A program made the position numbers and the translations under genes. A stretch of 64,000 nt of DNA. Origin: Cyanophora paradoxa CCMP329 (Eukaryota > Plantae > Glaucophyta). Under the pieces are notes generated by a model, which was not told the DNA's origin, searched no databases, and saw nothing but the letters and a program-made list of their open reading frames with translations. The DNA lies in NCBI GenBank assembly GCA_004431415.1, contig QPMI01000113.1, forward strand, positions 251,794 to 315,793. Direction: 5' to 3'. Of this stretch, positions 46,048-56,894 are shown one piece after another (positions within the stretch are counted from its first letter, which is position 1; every line of letters starts with the position of its first letter).

Positions 46048-49000
46048 ATGGATCAGCGGCAGCGCTCGTACCCCCCGCAAGTCGGTCCCGACGGTCCAGA
46101 GCGGCTGAGCGGCCCAGCCCCGTCTCGCCCACGCGTGCAAGATGGTTCTCGGCGTGTCAAACAACATAACCGCGACGAAGAGCTCGCCAACGCTCAGCGG
46201 GAAATCGCCGGACTCTCTTATGCAGGATCTTAAGCTGGGCGTGCGAACTCTGAGCCACTCGGACACAGGTCTGTGTACTAAATTTGGCCGTTGCCGGCTG
46301 CCTACCCGCCCTCGCGAACCGGCGGGCGTCCTTCGGCCGGTTCGAGCCGGCGGCCGCGGGAGCTGGTTCTTAGCTTGTTTAGACAAGCGACAAGCGATCC
46401 ATTTAGCTTCGGAAACGGAAGGCCCGCAAGCTCAAGGGTGTAGCATTGGCGACAGGCGCCCGCAGCTTTTGGGCACCCGGCTGATCGTACGCGGGCGAGC
46501 AGGCGAACCGCAAGTCATTAAAGCAGTTCCTCACATGGCGTGAGCTCGATCATTCCCTCGCTCCCTTGTTCTCGCGCACGTAACCTCGCTCTCAGCGAAT
46601 GGTGCAACGTCGAATGGCGGGACTCGGCGATGCCCGACGGCGTTCGAGGTGCGCGTTCTCGACGTGACTGAAGCTCTCCTCGACTTTGCTCAGCGCCTCG
46701 CCGCAGGCGCGAACTACCACCCGCTCGTCGTCGAGGTCCGGATCGAAATTTGGATCAATCGCGCCGCGCGCTAAACTCCCTCGTGCAGTCGGGAGAACTC
46801 GTTCAGGCAAAGATCGTGTTCACGTCCCTTCCGACGGGTGCGCCCGCCCGCCACGCGCGCGGCCGGGGGCCCGGGCGAGACGAGCGGCAGACCGGCCCGG
46901 GGGCAAGTTCTACTACCGGGCGGGCCCGCGGGGCCAGATCGCATTCGACCCGAAGAAGGTGAAGGCGTGCATCGCCACCTCCTCGCAGCTCTGCCCAGGT
47001 CCCGCCCCCGCCGCCCCCGCCCCCGCCGCCCCCGCCCCCGCGCCGCGGCGGGGCGCGCCGACGGCGTGGCAGGCCTGAACACGGTGATCCGGGAGCTCGT
47101 CTTCTGCCTGCACCAGAACTACGGCGTCGAGGAGGTCAACGGCATCCAGTTCGGGTGCCCCCGCACCCCCCGCTCCGCCGCCGCCGCCCCGCCGCCGCCC
47201 CTGAGGCGCAGCGGGCAGCTTCCAGGGCTTCTACGCGGCGCACCTGAAGCACAAGCGCCTCACACCCGACGACGTGCGCCGCTTGTCTGCTACCTTCTGT
47301 GCGCGCCCCGCCGGCGGCCGAGTGGCGGGCCTCGGGGGGGCAGGTCTCGGGGATCCACCACCAGGGGGGCACGGTGCTGGGCACGGGCTTCGGCGGCTTC
47401 GAGATCGAGGCGATCATCTCGTCGATCGTGGACCACGGGTACAACCACGTGTACCTCGTGGGGGGCGACGGCACGCACAAGGCCGTCCTCAAGCTCTACG
47501 AGGAGGTGCGCCCGGCGTGCCCTTGCCTCCCGCGCCACCCCCTCGCCCCGCCCCGCCGGCCCCCCCCTGGCGGGCGTCAGGCGGGGGCGGGGCAGGTGCG
47601 CAAGCGGAGGCTCGCGATCGCCGTCATCGGCATCCCCGCCTCGGTGCGCCCCCGCCAGACGCCCCCTCCAGCCCCCCGCCCCCCGCACCCCGCACCCCCA
47701 CCCCCCCCCCCGTTCTTATCCCTCTCTCCCTCCCCCGTCGCCCCCCCGGCAGATCGACAACGACATCCCCTGTGCGTCGGCCTCCGCGGCACACGTGCCC
47801 CCCGTGGCTGAGGGAGGATCGCGGCAGTCATCGACCGCTCGTTCGGGTACAACACGTGCACGGAGGAGTGCATCCGCGCCATCCGCTCCGCTGCCGTCGA
47901 GGCCGAGTGCGCGCCCCCTCCCCGCCCCGCCCGCGGCCCGCTCACCGGCGTGCGGGCGGCAGGTCGTACGAGAACGGCGTCTCGATCGTGAAGCTGATGG
48001 GGCGCCAGACGGGCTTCATCTCCGTCTCCGCCACCGTGCGCGCCTCCCGCGCCGGGCCGCGGGGCCGGTGACGAGGGGCGGGGCGGCAGCTCGCGTCGCG
48101 CGACGTGAACATCTGCCTCATCCCCGAGGTCCGCTTCCGCCCCGAGCTCGTGTACGCCCCCGCCCCCGGCCCCCGGCCCCCGGCCCCCCGCGCGGCTGAG
48201 TGCCCCCGCAGGGCCATCCACGTGTGCGTGCCGACGCGCGGCAGGCGGGGGTGCACCGGGGCGCGGCCGGGGCCCGACGGGGCGGGGGCGCGCAGGGAGC
48301 GCAAGCTGCGGGAGCTCGGGCGCTGCGTGATCGTGGTGGCGGAGGGGGCGGGGGCGGACCTGCTGCTGCAGGCGCACAACCCGGAGTCGAGCGTGCACAG
48401 CGGCGGCCCCTCGGCCCTCGTCTCCGAGTGCCCCCGCCCCCGCCGCCCGCTGCCGCCGCGCCGCCGCTGAGGGCCGGGGGCAGCTCGGAGACGGGGGTGC
48501 AGTCGTGGCGGACGGACATCGGCCTCTTCCTCCTCGAGCAGCTGCACAGGCGCGCCCCGGGGCCCCCGCGCGGCCCCCGTGGGGGCCTCGAGCGCCCCCG
48601 CAGGCACTTCCGCTCCACCAAGATGAAGGCCGTCATCAAGTACATCGACGTCCGCCCCGCCCCGCCCCCGCCCCCGCGCCCCGCACCCCGCCCCAACCCC
48701 CTCGCGCGCCCCGCAGCCGACGTACATGGTGCGGACGATCCCGCCGAATGCCGCCGACTCGGTGATGTGCACCGTCCTCGCGCACAACGCGGTGCGCCCC
48801 GCCGGCCCCTCCGCCGGCGCATGCCCCGAGGCGGGGGCGGGCAGGTGCACGGGGCGATGCACGGCTTCTCGGGGCTCTGCTCAGGTGCGATGTCCCCCAG
48901 CTGCCACTGCGATATACCCCAGCTGAGCTCTCCGTGAACGAAACAGCCCTCATGAACGACAAGGGAGTGCGCTCCGGCCGGCGCCCCGCCGGCGCCCCGC

Positions 49001-49223
49001 CCGTCGCCGGCTGAGGTCTCCACGCCCCGCAGGTCTACATCCCCGTGACGGAGGTTGCCAACGCGCCCGTGCCGCGCGTCGACCCGGTGCGCCCCCGGCC
49101 CGCAGGCCCGGGGCCGGCGGGGCGGGCGAGGCAGGGCGGGCGGCCTCTGACGCCCCCGCGCGGCAGGCGGGGCGCTTCTGGGGCCGAGTGCTCGCCACGA
49201 CGGGGCAGCCCGACTTCGAGTGA
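46048..49223 (+). CDS. Plant/group-X-type 6-phosphofructokinase-like protein with divergent motifs
   Basis: RAGPRGQIAFDPKKVKACI, CPGLNTVIRELV, GGTVLGT, GGDGT, IDND, KLMGR, ICLIPE, VVAEGAG, KYIDPTYMVR and WGRVLATTGQPDF. Start uncertain. Confidence 0.9.
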
Positions 49224-49977
49224 GGCGCCTGGGCCCCCCCGCCGCTCCTCGCTCCGTGCCGCACCCGCTGCGCAGCCTGGCTGCCTTTCTCCGAACCCGC
49301 CACTCTTTCCGCGCCCCATCCTCACACCCGAATCCTACTAGGCTACTATAGCTAGGCTGGTCAACCAAAGGCTTGTTGGATGCCTTCTTGCCAAGCCTCA
49401 GGGCCTTCAAGTTGCGCTGATCGTATCTCTCGGCCCGGGACCCGGGCCGGGGGCCGGGGCCCCCTCGACCTCAGCGGCCCGGGGGCCTGAGACTGTCCAT
49501 GGCATCGGATTTGTGTATTCAGCTTTTTCATCCAAGTCACTGAGTTTGCTACTAGGCTAAGCCACTAAAAAACCAACCAATGAATTTCGCTTGACTCGTG
49601 ACCAAATTTCTGACTCCTCTGGTCTCACAAGCTACGTATACAGGCCACAGGCCGCAGCCCAAGACTAACATGCACGTCAATGCAGATTCTGAAATCTCAG
49701 TGGCTGCACTAGTAGTATCTGCAGAAACAATTTGATATGACTATCGGACACCTATCATACTCACAATCCATTAATTAAGCCTGCACAGAACAGATCAAGA
49801 AAAGAAGTTGTTGAGCCTACCCCGCTACCCATATATAAAGGAAGCAAGGAAAGCGCGGCCCTGAAGGCCGCAGAGCAAAACACTGACAAACGACATCACG
49901 CGAAACGCCAGCCGAGGGGGGTGGGGGTGGGGGTGGGGGAGGGGGGGGTGGGACAGCCACTTATGGCGGCGGGGGGG

Positions 49978-52900
49978 CTAGGGTCGGATGTCGATGACGA
50001 TGGCGGAGGGGTGCGGGGGCCCCTGTCCCTCCTTGGCGGGCCCCGCCTCCTCGCTCGACTCGGACGCCGAGGCGAAGAGGCCCAGGTCGCTCGCCACCGG
50101 CACCGGCACCGCCACCGCCACCGGCACGCCCGGCGCCTGCACCGCCGCCGGCTCCACGATCACGGGGCCGGCCGGGAGCAGTGGGGGGATCGGGGGGCCC
50201 GAGGGGACGGCGTTGAGTGGCGGGGTGGGGAGGATCGGGGGCAGCATGCGGACGCCCGAGGCCGGGTTGGCGATGGGGGAGGCGGGGACGGCGAGCACGC
50301 GGAACGACTTGTTCTTCGAGCGGCCCCAGCTCCCCGCCCCGCCCCCGCCCATCGGCGTGTCGGCGCCGCCCGGGGCGCCCCGCGGGCTGCTCGAGGCGGC
50401 CGCGGGGCCGCCGGGGGCCGGCGAGGGCCCCGCCGCGACCACGCCGGCGGCGAGGCTGAGGCTCGAGAGCGCCCCCGGGAGCGTCCCGTCGTCCGTCCGG
50501 TCCGCCCTGCGCCCCGCACCGTCTGCGCCCGGCCCGCCGCGAGGGGGGGAGGGGGGGCGCCGGGGCACCAGAAGTCGCGGTTGGAGGTGGCGGCGTCGAG
50601 CACCGTCCTCCCCGTCGGGAAGACGGTCACCTGCGGGGGCGGGGGCGTGGGCAGGGCGCGTGGGCGGGGCGCGGGGCGCGGGGCGCGGGAGCGCGGGCCC
50701 AAGCGGGGCGCACCCAGGCGGTGTACATGGGGATGCAGATAAAATTGAGGAAGCCGAGCTGCGCGCCCGCTCGCGCCCGGGGGGCGGGGGCGGGGCAGGG
50801 GCGCGGGGGCGGGGCGGGGGCGGACCTGGCAGCGGGCGACCTGCGGGGTGTGGCGGTCGGACCAGGCGGAGATGGCGAGCCCGCGCTCCCGCTCCGCGTC
50901 CCCCTGGTTGAAGAACTCTGCCCGCGCCCCGCCCCGGCTCGGCCCCCGGCGCTCGCTGGCTCGCTGGGTGGCGAGGGCGGGGCGGGGGCGGACCGTGCAT
51001 GACGCGGGCGACCCAGGCGAAGTGGACGTCGCGGGCCTTGGCGCCGTTGCCCACGTCCGCGCACTTGAGGGCCAGCTGGAGGGCCAGCAGCCGGTCCTCC
51101 CCCGTCGCCCCGAAGTTCGGGTCCTTGGCCCGCGTCTTGAAGTTGCCGAGCAGCTCGAAGTGGAGCGCGAGGTCCGTCCCGAGGACCATGGCGATCATGA
51201 CGCGGCGCAGCTCGCGGCGCTCCTCGGGCGCGAGGGCCGCCAGGAAGTCGTTCTGCGGGTCCCGCAGCAGCTGGAACTGTTCCCCCCGCCCGCCCCGTGA
51301 GCCGTGCGGGGCGCCGGGGCGGGGCGGGGCGGGGCGGACGGCGCGGGAGACGTGGTAGTTCTCGAGGGGGCTCTTGTCGTTGTACACCACCGCCCGCTCC
51401 GTCCCAACCGCCACCTGCGGCGAGGCGGCGCCTCAGCGCCGGCGGCGGCGGGGGCCGGGGCGGGCGGGGGCCGGGGGCGCCTCGAAGGCGTTGGTGAAGC
51501 CGGCGTGGCCGAGGTCGTGGACGACGGCGGCGAGGAGGCCGGCCAGGAGCTCCACGTCCCGCAGGCACGACCTGCCCCCCCGCCCCCGTCGCCCCCCGCC
51601 GCCCCGGGGGCGGGGGCGGGGGCGGCGGACCCGAGGCCGGCGGCGAGGAGGGAGGAGAAGGACTGGACGACGTCCGCCGCGTGCAGCGCGCAGTGGTACG
51701 GCGTCTGCGCCCCGCCCCGCCCCCGCCGGGTGAGCGGGGCGGGGCGGGGCGGGGGCCGGGCCGGGGCGGGGCTGGGGACCTCTGTGTAGAGCTGCTCGAC
51801 GGCGTCGAGGAAGCGCACGAGGCGCGCCACGTCCAGCTGCCCCCGCCCCCGCCCCCTCAGCCCCGCCCCCCCGGCGCGCCCACGGGGCGGGCACCTGGAA
51901 GCGCTCGACCAGGCCCCAGCGGCGGAGGATGGCGTAGGCGACGTGCGCGAGGGTCCGCCGCGGCGCCGCCCGCCCCACGCGGAAGACGTCCCACTGGCCC
52001 CGCCCCGCCCCTCGGCCCCGCCCTCGCGCCCGAGCTCGCCCCGGGGGCCCCGCACCTGCAGCCAGTCGTCGAGGTGCTCCAGCAGCGCGACGCGCAGCTC
52101 CGCCTGCCGCCCCTCCCCGTCAGGCGCGCGGGGCTACCGCCCGGCCGGCAGCGGGCAGCAGCCTCTCACCTCCTCGCCGGGCGCGAGCGAGGGCCCGAGG
52201 GAGGGGGCCGGGATGAGGGAGACGCGGCGGGCGGCGACGGTGCCCGAGGAGCGGCGGCGGAGGGCGTGGCGGGGGGCGCCGAGGGTCGCCCCGAGGGAGG
52301 CCGGGGGCAGGAGGGCGGCGTGCGGGGGCGGGGGCGGGGCGGCAGAGGAGAGCCCCCTGTAGGACTGCTGGAGGGAGATGGAGTGGACGCTCGTGTGCTG
52401 CACCATCGACGCCGGCTTGGAGGGCGCCGGGCTGAGGGTGCGGGGCGGGTGCGGGGAGACGGGCGGGGAGGCAGAGGGGGCGCGAGGCGAGCGGGAGGCC
52501 TCGGCGAGGAGGGGGCCGGGGCGGGAGGCGGCGCGCTCCGTCTCGCCCTCCTCGCGCAGCGTGCGCAGCGTGTGGGGCGAGGTCGCCTCCCAGCTCGAGG
52601 GCCCCGCCCCGTCCCCCTCGCCCCCCGCCGCCGGCGGCAGCACGACCCGCTCCATGGGCCGCGCCGAGCCGGCGAAGCCCTGGCCGTGGCCCGAGCGCGC
52701 GGGGCTCGGCCCCGTGAAGGGCGCCACGAGCGTCGGCGGCGTGCGCCCCTGGAGGCTCGCGCTCGCCCCGCCCTCGCCCTCGCTGCGCTCCCCGGCGCCC
52801 CCGCCCGGGCTCGTCGGCGCCGTCCCGGGCTCCTCCGGCCCCGGGACGATGAACGAGGCGATGGGGGAGGGCATCGCCGAGTGGTTCCGCGAGCCGCCCT

Positions 52901-54848
52901 GCCCCTGGCCGTGGCCCTGCTGGAGGGAGTGGCGGCGGAAGGGGAGGCGCGCGGCGCTGCCGCGGCGGCTCGCGGGGACGAGGCGGCGCGGGAGGAGGGG
53001 CCGTGCCAGAGGGCCCCGAGCCCGAGCCGGCGCCCCGGCCTGGCCCTCCCCGGCGAGCGCCCCACCCCGCGCGCCCCGCCGGGCGCCCCTCCCGCCCTCC
53101 CCGTCGCTTCCCGCCCCCTCCGACCCCTCCGACTCCGACACGCGCCGCCCCGGCACGATCTGCCCGCCCCGCCGGCCCCGTCAGCGGCCGCCCCTCTCGC
53201 CGCCGCGCTGGCGTCGCGCTGTGGGGGCGGGCGGGCCTCGCCGAGGAGCCACTGGCGGGTGGCGTCGTCCATGCCGTGGCTGTTCGCGTGCCCCAGCGCC
53301 TCGAGGTCCGGCAGCTCCTGCCGCCGCCCCGCTCGACCGCGGCCCCGGCGGCGGGGCGAGCGGGCGGCGCACGAGCTGGCGGGCGCGGTTGGCGAGGAGG
53401 TGCAGCACGGAGCGGAGGCGGGCCGCCTCGGCGGGCGGTAGTCTGCGCCGGCGTGAGGCGGGGCGCGGGGCGCGGGGCGGGGCGGGGCGGGCCGGCGAGC
53501 TCGCGGGCGAGGTCGTCGATCTCCTCGAGGGCGCGCTCCATGGGCGAGGCGAGCATCCCCGGCACCAGCCGCTTCCACATCCGCGACGCGCTCCGCCCGA
53601 TCACGCCCCGCCGCGTCAGCAGCCCGCCCCGCCGAACCCCAGTAGCACGCTCGCCCGCGGGGCTGCGCCCGGCGCCCGGCGCGCGGCCGCCGCTCAGCCG
53701 CGCGCGGGCGCGCTCGAGTCGGGGCTCGCCGCACCGGCCTCGGGTTGCCGGACTCCTGGAAGCGCGCCGCGAGGCTGCGCGCCGCCGCCAGGCCCCGCGC
53801 CGTCACTGCGCCCCCGCCGCCGTCGGCCTCGGGCCCGGGTCGGGGGCCGGGGAGAGGGCGCTGTCCGATGGGGCCGCCTCGGGGGCCTCGGGCTGGGGCG
53901 CGATCCAGCGGCCGGCGAGGCCCTCCTCGACCATGAAGGCGTGCCGGGCGCGCGCCTCGGCCTCGAAGGCGTGGTGGAGCGTCCCCGCGAGGCCGGCCCA
54001 GGCGAGGAGCACGGAGAGGGCGGCCGGGGGGTCCGCGGCGCGCAGCTCGGGGGCGGCCGCGTAGGCGACGGTGAAGGCGAGCACGGAGAGGCCCGAGAGG
54101 GCCCCGCACACGAAGAAGCGGCACCGCAGGCCCGACGCGGCGAGGGGGCCCAGCAGCGCCAGCGCCGCCGGCACCGCCCCCGCGTTCACGAACGCCCCGC
54201 AGAAGATGTCTGCCGCGAGGCCTCAGCATCAGGGCGGGGGCCGCGCGGGGCCCCGGCCGGCCGGCGGGCGCGCGCACAGAGGGTCCAGGCGTGGAGGACG
54301 GCGGCGAGGGCGGCGGCGAAGGCGTGCTGGTGGGCGCGGAGGCGGCGCGAGGTGCCGGCGCGCCAGGCGAGCGCGGCGAGGGCCGTGCAGAGCAGAGCGG
54401 CGGCGCCAGACGAGGCGGTCGCCCCGGCCCGCGCCCGCTCCGTGACGCCCTCCGCCCCCCACGCCGACGCCACGAAGAACTGGCCGCCCGAGGCGTCAGC
54501 GGCTGGGCGCAACGGCCGGGGAGGGGACGGCCGGGGGCGCACGGCGGCGGCGAGCCAGGCGGCGGCGGCGGTGAGGGCGGAGGCGAGGGCGACGCGCGGG
54601 GCCGACTTGGCGCGGTGCGACTGCCAGAAGAGGGCCTCCACGTCGTGCAGGCCCGTCACCACCGACGACCACTCCCGCGACACCTGCTTCTGCACCCTCA
54701 CCCGGCCCCTCGACGCCCGCCGGGTGCGCCGGCCCGACGTCCCGCTCTCGGATCGCGGCAGCGCGCGGCTCGCCATCCCGTCTCCCCCGAGCTCTTTCTT
54801 GAGCTCCTCGGGGTCGGCCGCGACGCCGGGGAGCGGCAGTGGGAGCAT
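49978..54848 (-). CDS. Membrane-bound class I cyclic-nucleotide phosphodiesterase
   Basis: PYHCALHAADV, HDLGHAGFTN, YNDKSPLENYH, GTDLALHF, LKCADVGN, EFFNQGDAER and QLGFLNFI; hydrophobic N-terminal exons at 53930-54600. Confidence 0.9.
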
Positions 54849-55835
54849 CGGGAGCCGCCTTGAGTTTCCCTTTCCTGAATCTGCTAGGTGGGGTGGCGTT
54901 AGAGGCTAGCGGGAGGAGGAAGCTCGCGCGCGCAGCGCGCCTTGAAACTCTCCATCCATCTCCTCGACGCTGTACCGCCGGGCCGCCAGGGCTCCCGAGC
55001 TCCCCAAAGCGTTCACTCGGGTGTTCGCGGGCCGCGAGGCGCCACCATGCACTTCTCCAGCGCCGCTGCTGCTGGGCGATCGTAGCTCTTTGCCAAGGCC
55101 TTGATGTTGATCGGCGTTTTCACTGAGGCACCCTCGCAAGCCGCGCCCGCCGGCGACGTGGTACGCCGCACGCGGTAGTGATCTAGATCTCGGGACTCCG
55201 ATGTCGATGGTCAGGACTCCGGAGCGTTACGTGTACTCGGGCGCCGGCGGCGCTCGCGGTCCGCGGCCGGGAGTCCCGGCCCCCGGGCCTAGCGCTAGCT
55301 CTGCTCTAGCCTCGAGCTCTAGATCTAGATTCTAGATCTGCGCATGCTCAGTGCTGCCAGCCGCTGATCGTCATGATCGATGAGCAGGCTGCGCATGCGC
55401 AGCTGCTGCAGCAACTCGGAGCGGTCTGGGGACTCTGGGCTGTCCGGGGGATACCGCATACCGGTACATACGAAACAACACGTGCACGATCGGCAACGTC
55501 GACGTGCAGACTGAATCGGCCCGCGATCGAATTAATATTAATCTCGATCCGGATTCCGGAACCATATGCATATGCATATCATACTAAGTAGTATGCAACT
55601 TGCAACTTGCAATTGCCAACTTAAGCTTATGCCAAGTTGACTAGTAATTAATTCGATATCGAATTTAAGTTCGATTATTTTTTATTTTTTTGGTGAATTA
55701 CCGCCGGCCGATTACAGCGCTAGCCTCTATACATATAGCTATATATATCTAGTCTACTCAGTTCGATTATATATTTTGCAAAAAATGCCGCGGAAATTTA
55801 CTGCCCGACGGTAGCTATAGGGCTAGTATAGGCTA

Positions 55836-56465
55836 CCGTAGAACACATAAATACCGCGCCCACTTAATTACCGCGGTACCAAATTACCGCGCCGAGAATT
55901 TGTATAAACGCGGTAATTTGGTACCGCGGTATTTTGCTGCTGAGAAGTCGCCCCGGGCGGAGTTGAACCCGTGCGCCCTCCAGCCTTCGCGCGGGAACAG
56001 CGAGCGCTAGCGACGATGGGGCGGCCGAAGGGCGTAGGCAAGAACCTGTTCGGCGGAGAGGCGCCCGCGTCGTCAGCGGAGGCGGAGGCTGCTGCCGAGA
56101 GCTCTTCTGCGGAAGTCCCCGAGAACGAGTCCGATGTCAGCGACGCTGGCCTCAGCGATGCGGGCGAGCTGCCGAGCGACAGCGACGACGAGGACGGCAG
56201 CGACGAGGACGACTTCGGCAACGAGGACGCCTAGACTAGCAGCAGCTAAGTCAGACTTAAGCTTAGGCCTCCGCAGGATTCGAGGAGTGGACGGTCTGGA
56301 CCCTCAGCCAGCTCGTAAATTTGTGACACCCCCCCCTAAAATTCCGCCCCATACAAGCCAAAAGTTTTTAAAAACGCGGTAATTTGATACCGCGGTATTT
56401 TGCTCTATGGCGGGCCGGGTTTTAAAACGCGGTAATTTATGCCGCGGTAATTTAGTGCCCGACGG
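55836..56465. mobile_element. Non-autonomous Tc1/mariner-like (pogo/Tc2-type CCGT ends) DNA transposon, 630 bp
   Basis: TA|CCGT...ACGG|TA termini, imperfect ~25 bp TIR and repeated subterminal TACCGCG/CGCGGTA motifs; an orphan copy of the right end lies at 55785-55813. Confidence 0.65.
56016..56234 (+). CDS. Intronless 72 aa acidic ORF inside the transposon (possible transposase remnant)
   Basis: MGRPKG... start and D/E-rich end, lying within the TIRs. Confidence 0.35.
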   Translation: MGRPKGVGKNLFGGEAPASSAEAEAAAESSSAEVPENESDVSDAGLSDAGELPSDSDDEDGSDEDDFGNEDA

Positions 56466-56894
56466 TATATTATCTCAGCCTATATACCTATATACGCGGC
56501 GGCCTGGCGGGCCGTCGGCGGCTAGCGAGAAAGAGCTCGAGGCCAAAAAACTTGAAATTCATTTGTACCGGCCGCCATGCATGCACGTGCACATTCCGCA
56601 GTACTACTAGTAGGCTACTAGGCTACTAGTACTAGCCTACTACTTGGCTAGTACTCGCCTAGTACTCAGTGACTCAGGACAGACTCTGAGAGGGGGGCGG
56701 GGGGGAAGGGGCGAGGAGTGGAGGGTTAGGGGGGGGGGGGCTGGAGGGGGGGAAGGGGGGGGGGGGAGGGAGCTCGAGGGGGTGCCGGGGGCCGGAGAGG
56801 GGGGTCGCATATGCATGGAGGCTCGAATCATATCGATATATACATATATATATATATCACGTATATACGTATACTCATGATATATCGATCATGA

